From NCBI GenBank assembly GCA_965242525.1, contig OZ251459.1:352001-416000 (forward strand): a stretch of 64,000 nt of DNA, written 5' to 3'. Numbering within the stretch: the stretch's first letter is position 1; every line of letters starts with the position of its first letter. The position numbers and the translations under genes were made by a program. This stretch comes from an uncultured Candidatus Binatia bacterium. Lineage in GTDB: Bacteria; Desulfobacterota; Binatia; UBA9968; JAJDTQ01. This document shows positions 19,377 through 29,074 of the stretch, one piece after another. The notes beneath the pieces are model-generated. The model was not told the DNA's origin. It saw only the letters and a list, made by a program, of their open reading frames with translations, and did not search any database.

Positions 19377-21596
19377 TCAAGGGAGCCGCCCGGGCCGGCC
19401 CACCGGCAATTCTACTTCCCAGCCGCGGCGTCCTTTCCAGTCGGGGAGCCGGTATGGCTGCTGTCCCGTCCTGACGCTGGAGACGGGATAATCGGGAAGT
19501 GGAAGGACGGCCATGCACTTCCCCTCGAACAGCACGCCGCTTTGTTGGAAGAGGATGTAAAGCTCTTCGGATCCGTGCCGCCGGCGCTCTTCGGGAAGGT
19601 CCTTCGGGTCTTCCGGGACCACCTCCACGAAGGCCGTCAATCCCACGTCTTCCCGGACGCAGGGATCCTTGACGTGGAAGATGGCGTCCTCACCGAGATG
19701 GACGTCGAAGTGGGAGCGCGCCGCAGGTTCTCCGGACGCCACCCGTTGGTGCGTGGCCCGGTAGAACGCCACCAAGTCGTCGATACCGGCCGAACCATAC
19801 AGGAATACCCGTTGGTTGCCGGGCGTGAGCAGGGCGCTGCTCTCCACGCGGTCGCGGGTGACGAGGAAGTCCGCGGCGCGGGCGGCGGCTTCCATGTCCG
19901 GGAAGTGCGTCAACGCGCTTCCGGCGGGGTGGTATCTCATGGCGCCTTGCGTGTGGAGGGAGTACGCCAGGACGCTTCCTGCGAGGTAGTACCTCCATTT
20001 GTACTGCTGCTGTGTGACCTGCCAGGACCATTCCGGCTCGACGGACCCGAGGACCAGGACCGCCTTTCCCCGGGTGGTTTCGCGGATGGCCCCGAGTTCG
20101 GCCATGGCGGTTCGCTGGATCTCTGCCACCCGGGCGTCGGGGCGCCACCGTCGTTCCGTCCCGAAGGCGGAGACCACGAAGGCGAGCAGGGCCGCAACCG
20201 CAAGGCCGACCACCGGACCGCGCCCCCAGCGCCGGTGGACGTACAGCAGGAGCAGTGAGTACAGCACCAGCGGCGCGCCCACGTAGTACATGGCCTCGTG
20301 AGGGTGGTAGGCAACGTTGTGGCGCATGAGCAGGGCCCAGCAGAACCCGGACAGGGCAAGGGTGCCCAGCAGCATGCGGCGCCGCCCTGCCAACAGCGGC
20401 TTCGCAAGCCGAACCGCGGCCGCGGATGCGGCCACCGCCGCCAGCAACGACAGGAGGTAAACCGACAACTCCGGCCCCGAAAGGCCGGACGCCGAAAAGG
20501 GAACCGGCGGGAGCCACCCCCGCAAACCGGCGCCCCAGTCGGTCAGCACCCATGGAACGGACGCCACGCGGACACGATGGAACTGCTGTCGCAGGAAGCG
20601 CAGCCACCACCTGGAGTGGAAGGGGGCGTCCAGGTCCTGGCCCACGCCGGTGGTCCGCCTGAGCATGGCCCCGAAGGACGGCAGTTCCGTCACCGGGGTC
20701 TCGCCTCCGAACGCGGCGTACTCGTTGGCGAAGTTGAATCCCAGGACGGCCGCGCCGAACAGCAGCGCGGCCAGGCCAAGGGCCATGTAGCGGCTGCGCA
20801 GCACCGCCGCCCCGGCAGAGCGCGCACGCGGCCACAGCGCCGTCTCGTCCTTCCACGCCCGAACCGCCTCGCTACCCAGGCCCAGGAGGAGGAACGGCAG
20901 CAGGAACGCATACACGTGCCAGCCCAGCAGCAGCGCAACGCAGGTCCTGGCCAGCAACTGCCGGAACCGTCCCTCCTGCACGAACACCACCATGCCGTGG
21001 AAGGCCAGCATGACCGCGAACAGGTCCACGCTGTACTCCACGCAAACCCTGTTGCCGAACGACAGCATGTAGTAGGAGGAGAACGCCATGAGGGTGGCGG
21101 CCAGCGCGACCCAGCGGCGGGAGGTGATGCGGGCGAGGGAGTGGAAGGCCAGGAGCGCAGCACCGCTGAACAGGAGCAACATGAGCATTCGGGCGGCGAG
21201 GATCCTGGCGGACAGGTCGTTTCCGAATGGGAGGATGGCGAGTTTGATGAGCGCGTAACCGCCCACGGGAAAGCGGCCGTACAGTTCGTAGGCGGGGGCG
21301 CCGCCCGGTCCCGGGCGCAGTCCCGGCGACAACCGGAAACGGTGGTGGGGCGACAGGTTCTCGGCGATGGCCAGGGTCTTCCCCGTGTTCCAGGTAGGGT
21401 GCTCCGAACGGTAGAAGTACCCCTTGTCCACGTTGCACAGGAACAACGTGGACAGTGCGAGCAGCAGCAACCACAGGGTGAGGCGTTCCGGCCGGCCCCC
21501 CGGGGAGGATGAGGCGGGCTTCACGAATGGTCCGTCTCCGTCTTCCAGATCGACGGCTTCCTTGTCGGGCGGTGGATCCGGGATGGCGCGCGTCAT
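19377..21596 (-). CDS. Multi-pass membrane protein (GT-C-like?) with C-terminal soluble domain; paralog 3 of 3
   Basis: Inverted near-identical copy of 15877-18051; ATGA overlap with the upstream sulfotransferase-like gene. Confidence 0.75.
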   Translation of the reverse strand: MTRAIPDPPPDKEAVDLEDGDGPFVKPASSSPGGRPERLTLWLLLLALSTLFLCNVDKGYFYRSEHPTWNTGKTLAIAENLSPHHRFRLSPGLRPGPGGAPAYELYGRFPVGGYALIKLAILPFGNDLSARILAARMLMLLLFSGAALLAFHSLARITSRRWVALAATLMAFSSYYMLSFGNRVCVEYSVDLFAVMLAFHGMVVFVQEGRFRQLLARTCVALLLGWHVYAFLLPFLLLGLGSEAVRAWKDETALWPRARSAGAAVLRSRYMALGLAALLFGAAVLGFNFANEYAAFGGETPVTELPSFGAMLRRTTGVGQDLDAPFHSRWWLRFLRQQFHRVRVASVPWVLTDWGAGLRGWLPPVPFSASGLSGPELSVYLLSLLAAVAASAAAVRLAKPLLAGRRRMLLGTLALSGFCWALLMRHNVAYHPHEAMYYVGAPLVLYSLLLLYVHRRWGRGPVVGLAVAALLAFVVSAFGTERRWRPDARVAEIQRTAMAELGAIRETTRGKAVLVLGSVEPEWSWQVTQQQYKWRYYLAGSVLAYSLHTQGAMRYHPAGSALTHFPDMEAAARAADFLVTRDRVESSALLTPGNQRVFLYGSAGIDDLVAFYRATHQRVASGEPAARSHFDVHLGEDAIFHVKDPCVREDVGLTAFVEVVPEDPKDLPEERRRHGSEELYILFQQSGVLFEGKCMAVLPLPDYPVSSVRTGQQPYRLPDWKGRRGWEVELPVGRPGRLP

Positions 21597-23026
21597 CGTT
21601 CGGCGGCGTAGCGGATTTCGTGGAGATAGCCCTTTGCCGCCCGGGTGGCCCGTTCCTCCGGAAACCGCTCCATGTGCGACATGTCGTGGAGAGAGCGGAA
21701 CACTGCCAGCACCGCGCCGTCGGCGATCCGAACCTCCGCGGCCTTGCTCTCCCGGGTAAACGTCACCAACGCCCTGCTGCGGTCCGGGGAAATGGCGACT
21801 CCGCCGCGATGGGTCGTGTACGGTTCCCGCAAATGGTCGGGAGTCCGGCGGTTCGGGAAGATCGTGGTCTCCTCGCCGCTCGCCGCGTCCACCATCAGCA
21901 GCCGTGACACGCCCAAGGCGCCGTCCGCGTTTCTGCCGCCCTGGTTGTCCAACAGGAGGAACCTGGACCCTTCCAGATGCAGGACGGAGTGCTGCATCAT
22001 GAACCCGCCGCGCACCATGCGCTTCAAGCGTTGGGTTTCGGGGTCCAGTATGGCGAACGCGCTCAGATGCTTGATGGACACCGCGAGGTCTCCGGGTTCG
22101 AGGCCCGGGCCCGCTGCGTCTTCTCCCAGCAGGTGGACGGAATTGACATGCGTCGGGTCACAACGATCCATGTGGAGCAAAAGCGAGCCATAGGGGGACT
22201 CCAGCAAGGCGTCGAAGACGGAAACCTCCCTCAGCAGCCTCCCCGCAGGGTCGATTGCGTTCACGATGTCGTGATACCAGTGCGGACAAGACATCACGAG
22301 TCGGAGGTTGTCCCGTCCCGATACGAGCGGGAGATCCCTGGGCCTGCCGCGCCGCATGCCCGGAACCAGGACTACTCCGCCATCGGTCAGGTGCGGTCGA
22401 TGGTGGCCGTAGTCCGGACGGTACCACACCGGCTTGCCGCTCCGGTCGATGCGCGCCGTCCCGCCGCCGTAAGGGTGGGTATGATCGAAAGCGAAGACCG
22501 CCAGAAGGTCCCCGTTGGCGTATTTCGATACTCCCGTTATGCGCGTATGGTCGAGGAAGGAGAACCCGAGTGCGTGCTCGTAAGGGAAATCCCCGGTGAA
22601 CTCCTCCTTCTCCAGCCATTCCGCCAATTCCCCGGGGCGGTACGGCCAGGCATGACGGACTTCGCCCCGGCCGGCGTACTCCACCGCAATACAGCCCGCG
22701 TGCTCCGGACAGTGCTCCCGGAAGAGACCCCACCCTCCCGGAACCAGTATCGGGTCGGCCAGGCTGTCGCTGCCGATGAACTCGAAACGCCGGGCCGCCG
22801 CCTGCTCGGGCGGGACGTCCACGAACATCCTTCGTCTGTAGGAAGGTTCCCGCAGCTTGATCTCCACCAGCTCGACGAAGGTTTTCTCCGCGGAAGACAG
22901 GATGGCGTCGGGGAAGACCTCGTACAGCGCGACGTACCGCCCGCCTGCGAAGGCCGCCAGCATGAGCGCCGCCACGAACAGGAGCGCCGGCGCCCTTCTC
23001 CGCAACGCTGGAGCCGCTCCATGCAT
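21593..23026 (-). CDS. Arylsulfotransferase (ASST)-family beta-propeller protein
   Basis: N-terminal TM helix; HH, DPTHVNSV, QHS..and LDN motifs. Start uncertain. Confidence 0.7.
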   Translation of the reverse strand: MHGAAPALRRRAPALLFVAALMLAAFAGGRYVALYEVFPDAILSSAEKTFVELVEIKLREPSYRRRMFVDVPPEQAAARRFEFIGSDSLADPILVPGGWGLFREHCPEHAGCIAVEYAGRGEVRHAWPYRPGELAEWLEKEEFTGDFPYEHALGFSFLDHTRITGVSKYANGDLLAVFAFDHTHPYGGGTARIDRSGKPVWYRPDYGHHRPHLTDGGVVLVPGMRRGRPRDLPLVSGRDNLRLVMSCPHWYHDIVNAIDPAGRLLREVSVFDALLESPYGSLLLHMDRCDPTHVNSVHLLGEDAAGPGLEPGDLAVSIKHLSAFAILDPETQRLKRMVRGGFMMQHSVLHLEGSRFLLLDNQGGRNADGALGVSRLLMVDAASGEETTIFPNRRTPDHLREPYTTHRGGVAISPDRSRALVTFTRESKAAEVRIADGAVLAVFRSLHDMSHMERFPEERATRAAKGYLHEIRYAAER

Positions 23027-23262
23027 GCGGCTCAAAATAACACGGCGAAAGTCCGTGTGGAACTGCCTGGCCCCCCGTTGGCGACGGTTCTTCCCCCTTG
23101 CGCCACCGTCCCGGCCCGCCTCCCCGCGGACCGAAGCGAGACCCCCTCTCGATCGGGCGCCGGCTCCGGGAAGGGCCGGTTTGCCCAACCGTCCTGCACT
23201 GTCTATGATAGGGGCCTGCGCGGCCGCGCAGGACCGCAGGACACACGAGAGGAGACCTCCCC

Positions 23263-24123
23263 ATGCCCAGACCGCGACCCATCCAGTGGCCGGACGGCGC
23301 AAAGATATGCGTCACCTTCATCATTCCCTGGGAGGTGTGGCCGGACAACTACGCCACCCGGGGCTCGCTCCAGCGGGTCAGCCACCCCCTGCCGCCGGAG
23401 AACGCCGTGTTCAAGCAGAACATGGCCGCGGTCACCGAGCGCGAGTACGGCGACCGGGTGGGCATCTGGCGCATCATGGACATGTTCCAGCGGCACGGCC
23501 TCAAGGCCACGTTCCTGATGAACGGCAAGAAGGTGGAGCAGTTCCCGGACGAGGTCAGGGAGTTCCAGGCCCAGGGCCACGAGTTCTCCTCCGAGTGCTA
23601 CGAGCACGAGTACGCTTTCATGTACACCCGGGAGGAAGAACGGAAGTCGATCCGGGACACGGTGGCCGCCTTCGAGAAGGTCCTGGGCGCGCCGCCCACG
23701 GGCTACCTGTCGCCCGGCCACGCCTCCACCGACAACACCCTGGACCTGGTGGCCGAGGCGGGGTTCGTGTGGTGGGCCGACCCGCTCAACTCGGACGTCC
23801 CCTACACGCTGGAGGCCCGGGGCCGCAAGGTCGCGGTGGTGCCCTACAACGTGCCCGGCTGCAACGACTACTCCACCTACGGCGGCGGACGCACGCCGAG
23901 GGACCTGCTCCAGATCATGAAGGACCAGTTCGACTACCTCTACTGGGAAGGGGAGCAGGGGGCGCCCAAGTTCTTCGCGTTCAACCTCCATCCGTTCGTT
24001 TCCGGCGTGCCCTACCGGACGAAGGTCATCGACGAGTTCATCAAGTACGCCAAGGGCTTCCCCGATGTCTGGTTCGCCAGGCGGATCGAGATCGCCAACT
24101 GGGTCCTGGAGCAGGGATACTGA
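23263..24123 (+). CDS. Polysaccharide deacetylase family protein (PuuE/allantoinase-like)
   Basis: WPDGAK, EYGDRVGIWR, GHE, GYLSP, D.PY, ND and LHPF.SG.P.R motifs; GAGGAG RBS. Confidence 0.85.
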   Translation: MPRPRPIQWPDGAKICVTFIIPWEVWPDNYATRGSLQRVSHPLPPENAVFKQNMAAVTEREYGDRVGIWRIMDMFQRHGLKATFLMNGKKVEQFPDEVREFQAQGHEFSSECYEHEYAFMYTREEERKSIRDTVAAFEKVLGAPPTGYLSPGHASTDNTLDLVAEAGFVWWADPLNSDVPYTLEARGRKVAVVPYNVPGCNDYSTYGGGRTPRDLLQIMKDQFDYLYWEGEQGAPKFFAFNLHPFVSGVPYRTKVIDEFIKYAKGFPDVWFARRIEIANWVLEQGY

Positions 24124-24139
24124 GGCGGCCGCCGGAACC

Positions 24140-24913
24140 CTACGGCGCGGCCCGCGGTCTCGCCCGGGGCGGGCCCGCGCTGCGGAGGTCGATGGTCTGC
24201 CCGCACAGGCCCCCGGCGAGGTCGCTGAGCAGGAAGGCGGCCACCGCGGCCACCCGGGGCGTTGCGGAAGGGGTCTCGCCCGCGGGGGCGGGGACGGTGT
24301 CCGGCCGGGTCTCGCCGCGGCTCCGGGGCGCGCCGGCCGCCGCGGCTCCGGCCGCCTGGGCCGGCAGCAGCACGTTCAGGGTAACGTTGTCCCCGGCCAC
24401 GCCCGCGGCCGCGGACTTGAGCCAGGCGGACAGGGCGGCGCCGGCCACGGAGTGGACCTGTCTTTCGGCGTCGGTCCCCGGGTCCGGCCACGGGATCATC
24501 CAGAGCACCCGGCCCCATCCCCGGCGCTGCATTCCGCGCACGAGGGTCTCGGTGGCCGCCCGGAAGCCGAGGAAGCCGGCGCCGAGCCGGGTTTCCCAGG
24601 ACGGCGTGCTCCCTTCCGGCGGGGCGGGAAGCCGGGCCACCCCGAACAGCAGGTCGATGTCGCCCAAGTCCTCGGTGATGCGGCTCACGAGGGCGACGGT
24701 GGAAGGCTCGTCCCAGCCTTCGATGCGGTAGCCCGCGGCGTTGACGCCGCTCCGCTCCACGTTCTCCGAAGCGACCCTTTGCGCCGCCCATCCCTTGCGG
24801 GCGCACACCGCCAGGTCGGCCCCCTCGGCCGCCAGGGCCCCGGCCACGGCCCGGCCGACGCCCCGGGAGCCGCCGAACACCAGCGCCCGCCTGCCTCGGA
24901 TGCCCAGGTCCAT
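24140..24913 (-). CDS. Atypical SDR-family oxidoreductase (no YxxxK)
   Basis: MDLGIRGRRALVFGGSRGVG, VTLNVLLP and AFLLSD motifs; no catalytic Tyr visible. Confidence 0.7.
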   Translation of the reverse strand: MDLGIRGRRALVFGGSRGVGRAVAGALAAEGADLAVCARKGWAAQRVASENVERSGVNAAGYRIEGWDEPSTVALVSRITEDLGDIDLLFGVARLPAPPEGSTPSWETRLGAGFLGFRAATETLVRGMQRRGWGRVLWMIPWPDPGTDAERQVHSVAGAALSAWLKSAAAGVAGDNVTLNVLLPAQAAGAAAAGAPRSRGETRPDTVPAPAGETPSATPRVAAVAAFLLSDLAGGLCGQTIDLRSAGPPRARPRAAP

Positions 24914-24919
24914 GGCGGT

Positions 24920-25894
24920 TCAGGAGCGCGCCTTCCGGTCCTCTCCGCCGCGCCGCGCCCGGAGCCGGATGGGGTGCTCCGGGTGCAGTGGCCGGAAGTC
25001 GGTCATGGAAAGCCAGACCCTCAGGAGATGCCGGCCGGGTCCCCGGTCGTCGGTGAACCCGGTGCGGGTGTGGAGGACCACGTGGTTGTTGAAGTACTCC
25101 ACGTCCCCGGGCTCCAGCTCCATGGACACCGACACCCGATCGGCCACGGCGTTGAAAGCCGCCAGCGCTTCGTTCTGCTCCGGGGTCAGTTCGGGGACCC
25201 CGGGCAGCGACTGTGCGCGCTTGATGTGGACCCGGTAGGCGCAGGCGTTGAAGACCCCGTCCCGGAAGTTCAGGAACGGCAGCCGGGTCCAGGGGTGTCC
25301 GTGGTCCGGGTGGGGATGTTGCAGGGCCATGTGGAAGGGTTGGGTCAGGGTCCGCAGCAGTCGGGGATGCTCCTCCCGCATGACGTTGTACACGGTGGCG
25401 GAGCTGGCGAACTTGCGCGTCCCGCCCGCGGACGCGGACCGTACGCACAGGAACCCGATGACGTCTTCCAAGTCGGCATGGAACGGAAGCTCGCCGGTGT
25501 TGCGAAAGCCGAACCTGCCCTGGGTCTCGGGCTGTGCGCGCACGTGGGCCAGGGTCACGCCGCCGGGCTGCTCCATGGGACGGCCGAGTTGGCGGCTCAA
25601 GGCCAGGAAGGCGTTGGCCGTGCCGTCCTTGCCCAACTCCTTGACCGGCAGGCCCCGGAGTATGCGGAAGCCGACTCCCGACTTGAGCTCGTGGAACGTC
25701 TTCCGTACCTGTGGGGCCAGGAGGGGGAGCGGCGGCGGCTCGTCCGCGCCCGGGGGTCTTCGGGCCGCGGCCAGCAGCTCCGCGGCCTCGCGGCCCGTGA
25801 GGTCGTGGCGCCACGTTTCCGAGCGGGCGAGGTCTTCCGGCGTCCATGCCGCCGGGTCCGTGGTCCTGGGATGGTCTTCCGCGAGTTGGCCCAT
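24920..25894 (-). CDS. TauD/TfdA-family Fe(II)/2-oxoglutarate dioxygenase
   Basis: HxD (FHADLED), distal His (NNHVVLHTRT) and RHLLRVWL; AAGGAGGG RBS before the ATG at 25894. Confidence 0.85.
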   Translation of the reverse strand: MGQLAEDHPRTTDPAAWTPEDLARSETWRHDLTGREAAELLAAARRPPGADEPPPLPLLAPQVRKTFHELKSGVGFRILRGLPVKELGKDGTANAFLALSRQLGRPMEQPGGVTLAHVRAQPETQGRFGFRNTGELPFHADLEDVIGFLCVRSASAGGTRKFASSATVYNVMREEHPRLLRTLTQPFHMALQHPHPDHGHPWTRLPFLNFRDGVFNACAYRVHIKRAQSLPGVPELTPEQNEALAAFNAVADRVSVSMELEPGDVEYFNNHVVLHTRTGFTDDRGPGRHLLRVWLSMTDFRPLHPEHPIRLRARRGGEDRKARS

Positions 25895-25920
25895 GAGCGT
25901 TCCCTCCTTGCGTGGCGGCG

Positions 25921-27267
25921 TCACCTTTCCCGGAAGGCGTCCTGGCGGTAGCCGCGCAGCGGTTGCAGGACGTACTCGATGACGCGTTGCTTCCCCAGTA
26001 TGACCGAGGCTTCCGCGGACATGCCGGGCAACAGATCGATCTTCCGGCCTTCGATCTCCATCCAGGTCTGGTCCAGGTCGATGAGCGCCCGGAACAGGGG
26101 GCCGGCCGTTTCCGCGCCGGACCCGGAAGAAGAGGACGGGTCCGATGCGGAGGCGCCCTGCGGGGACGTCCGGACGCCGTCCTGGAACCCGGCGTTCACC
26201 GCGTCCTTGCCCACGTGGCTGACCGCGCCTTCGATGGCCCCGTAACGGCGGAAGTCGAAGGTGGCGACCTTCAGGGCCACCCTCTGGCCGGGCTCCACGA
26301 AGCCGATGTCCGCGTTGGAGACGAATGCCTCCATTCGAATGCCCGCGTTCCGGGGCACGATCACCATGAGCCGGGCGCCGGGCTCCACCACGCCGTTCTC
26401 CGTGTGCACGGCCAGGTCCTGGACCACTCCGTCCACCGGCGACGCCAGGGTGTGCCGGCTCCGGTGCTCCCGGGCCTGGCGGATCTCCTGGCGCAGCACG
26501 ATCATCCTCTCCCGGACCGCGGCGAGGGCGGTGCGGCGTTCCCGGTAGAAGTCCGAGACCACTCCTTCCTTCTGCGCTTGCAGCGCGGCCAGGGAGGCCC
26601 TGGCCTGGGCCAGCTCCTCCTCCCGGAGCGCAAGGTCGCCCTGGACCTCCACCAGCCGCTCCTGCTCTTCGAGGAGGTCGAGCCGGGAGCCGTGGTCCTT
26701 GCGGAAGAGGACCTCGCGCATGCGCGTCCTCTCGCGCAGCAGGGGCAGCAGTCTCCGGTGCTTGGCAATGCCCGCCTCCAGGGTGCGGATGCGGGCGCGC
26801 CGTTCCCGGACCATGCCGTCCAGTTCGTGGAGGCGGGCGCGGTGGGCGGCGATCTGGTCCGCCAGCAGCCTCTCGTTGATGGCTGCGATCTCCGGCGGCG
26901 CGTCCGGGGGAGGCCGGAACGGCGCGCCCTTGCGCCAGTCCAGCAGCGCTTCCAGACGGGCCGCCTCCGCGGACTTGACGCCGAGTTCCGAGGTATGCTT
27001 CACGATGTCGGCGTCCACCAGTGTAGTGTCGAGCTCCACCAGCACTTGGCCCCGTTCCACCGCGCTCCCTTCCTCCACCGCGATCCGCCGGACCTTTCCG
27101 CGCTCGAAGGAGCGGATGGTCTTCACCTGCCCCCGCAGGACGATCCGTCCCGGGGCCACCGCGGCCAGCTCCACCTCGGCGATGGAGGCCCAGGCGAGGG
27201 TCGCCACCAGGAAGGCGCACAGGGCCGCCAGCAGGATGACGTGGGTGCGGAGGGGCGGCCTATCCAC
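25921..27267 (-). CDS. HlyD-family type I secretion membrane fusion protein
   Basis: N-terminal TM helix, lipoyl halves (V.EG..V..GQVL..LD and SPVDGVV), coiled coil, DIGFV..GQ, YGAIEG, PGM and R.VIEY.L.P. Confidence 0.9.
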   Translation of the reverse strand: MDRPPLRTHVILLAALCAFLVATLAWASIAEVELAAVAPGRIVLRGQVKTIRSFERGKVRRIAVEEGSAVERGQVLVELDTTLVDADIVKHTSELGVKSAEAARLEALLDWRKGAPFRPPPDAPPEIAAINERLLADQIAAHRARLHELDGMVRERRARIRTLEAGIAKHRRLLPLLRERTRMREVLFRKDHGSRLDLLEEQERLVEVQGDLALREEELAQARASLAALQAQKEGVVSDFYRERRTALAAVRERMIVLRQEIRQAREHRSRHTLASPVDGVVQDLAVHTENGVVEPGARLMVIVPRNAGIRMEAFVSNADIGFVEPGQRVALKVATFDFRRYGAIEGAVSHVGKDAVNAGFQDGVRTSPQGASASDPSSSSGSGAETAGPLFRALIDLDQTWMEIEGRKIDLLPGMSAEASVILGKQRVIEYVLQPLRGYRQDAFRER

Positions 27268-29074
27268 CTTGCGCCTCCCGCGGACTCCGGCGGGCCAGGG
27301 GGCTCACCCCGTCCCCGGGCCTTGCGCCCATCTCCCTGACCAGCGCCGACTCCTCGCGCACCATGGCGGCGAAATACCCGTTCCCCCGGGCCAGTTGCGC
27401 GGGGGTCCCCTGCTCCGCCACCTTGCCCTGCTCCAGGCAGACGATACGGTCCGCATGGCGCAGCGCGGACAACCTGTGTGCGATGACGACCACGGTCCGC
27501 CCTTGCGCGAACCGCCGCACGTTCTGCTGGATCCGGCCCTCGTCCTCTCCGTCCACCGAGCTCGTGGCTTCGTCCAGGATCAGCACGCTGCCGGAATGGT
27601 AGAGCGCCCGGGCCAACGCGATGCGCTGGCGCTCGCCGCCCGAGAGGACCGCGCCCCGGGCGCCGACCCGGGTGGCGTAGCCCCGGGGGGTCCGGGTGAC
27701 GAACTCGTGGGCGCACGCGGCCCGGGCCGCGGCGATGACCCGGGGCATGCGGCGCTCGCCCGGCCCCAGGGCGATGTTGTCGGCGATGCTGCGCCGGAAG
27801 ATGGGGTAGTCCTGCTCCACCGCGCCCATGTGGCTGCGCAGCCAGTCCGGGTCCAGGACCGCGGCGTCCGCGCCATCCAGGAGCACGCGCCCTCCGGTGG
27901 CCAGGTAGAGCCGCTGGATCAGGCGCGCCACCGTGCTCTTGCCCGATCCCGACGGACCCACGATGCCCAGGGTCTCGCCGGGCCCGACCTCGAAGGTCAC
28001 GCCCTCCAGGGCCTCCCGGTCCGCGTCCGGATAGCGGAAACGCACGTCCTCGAAACCGATGGCCCCCTTGAGGGACGGCAGTTTCACGAGGTGGCCGTCC
28101 TGCCGTTCGGTGGGCTCGTTCAGCACCGTCCCCACTTCCCGCACCAGCGCCCGGAGCCGGGTGAAGTCATAGACGAACGTGCACAGCCGCATCATGGGCT
28201 GGGAGAACCGCATGTTCACCAGGTTCACGGCCACGAGCTGCCCCAGGGTGAGCTGCCCGTCCAGCACCATGGAGGCGCCGAACCACAGCAGGCCCGCGGT
28301 GGCGAAGCGGTTCACGAACTGGTTGTACTGGTTCATGGAGTCGCGCAGGTCCTGGGTGTCCTCGTCCGACGACGCGGCCTCGCCCACCCGCCGGGTGAGG
28401 AAGGCTTCCTGGGCGGGTTCCTCGTGCATGCCCTTGACGGTCTCGATGCCGTTGAAGGTGTCGAGCACCGCCTCGTTGCCCTCCCGGCGGCTGTTCCTGG
28501 TCTTCCGGCTCCGCTGCTGGAGCGTGGGCATGACCAGGAAGGCGGGGGCCGCGTACAGGGGCAGGCAGGCCAGGACCACCAGGGCCAGGGTGAGGCTGAA
28601 GTGGAGCATCAGGACCAGGAAGACCAGCATGAAGAAGATATCGACGAACACGAACACCACCGCGTTGGTGAGGAAGCGGCGCAGGTGGCGGATCTCTTCG
28701 ATGCGGGAGAGGGTCTCCACCGGGGTGTTGCGCAGGTAGAAGGAGACGGGCAGCTCCAGCGAGTGGCGGATGAGGCGCGAGAGGAGCGAGCGGTCCATGT
28801 CGCGGACGGAGCGGCGCAGGACCCTGTGGCGGGCGGCGCGAAGGACCGCCTCGAAGGCCAGGAAGAAGAGCAGGCTCACGATGATGACGTCGAGGGTGGC
28901 GGCGCCCCGGTTGGACAGGACCTTGTCGATGATGATGAGGAAGGTGAAGGGGTAGATGTAGCCCAGCAGGTTGATGAAGAAGGACGCCGCCACCAACGGA
29001 CCGAAGACGGCCTTGTGGGTGAGCAGGTGCTCGGCGATGGAGCGGAGGGTGAACTCCTGGCGGTCCTCAGCCAT
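27260..29074 (-). CDS. Type I secretion ABC transporter (HlyB-like) lacking a C39/C39-like domain
   Basis: IIDKVL TM domain starts at about residue 25; Walker A GPSGSGKST, LSGGERQR, ILDEATS and IAHRLS motifs. Confidence 0.9.
   Translation of the reverse strand: MAEDRQEFTLRSIAEHLLTHKAVFGPLVAASFFINLLGYIYPFTFLIIIDKVLSNRGAATLDVIIVSLLFFLAFEAVLRAARHRVLRRSVRDMDRSLLSRLIRHSLELPVSFYLRNTPVETLSRIEEIRHLRRFLTNAVVFVFVDIFFMLVFLVLMLHFSLTLALVVLACLPLYAAPAFLVMPTLQQRSRKTRNSRREGNEAVLDTFNGIETVKGMHEEPAQEAFLTRRVGEAASSDEDTQDLRDSMNQYNQFVNRFATAGLLWFGASMVLDGQLTLGQLVAVNLVNMRFSQPMMRLCTFVYDFTRLRALVREVGTVLNEPTERQDGHLVKLPSLKGAIGFEDVRFRYPDADREALEGVTFEVGPGETLGIVGPSGSGKSTVARLIQRLYLATGGRVLLDGADAAVLDPDWLRSHMGAVEQDYPIFRRSIADNIALGPGERRMPRVIAAARAACAHEFVTRTPRGYATRVGARGAVLSGGERQRIALARALYHSGSVLILDEATSSVDGEDEGRIQQNVRRFAQGRTVVVIAHRLSALRHADRIVCLEQGKVAEQGTPAQLARGNGYFAAMVREESALVREMGARPGDGVSPLARRSPREAQGG

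Noticed and set aside
15877-21596. Diversity-generating retroelement explanation for the paralogue variation
   Set aside because: No reverse transcriptase in the window; the differences I checked are not adenine-specific and span whole genes.
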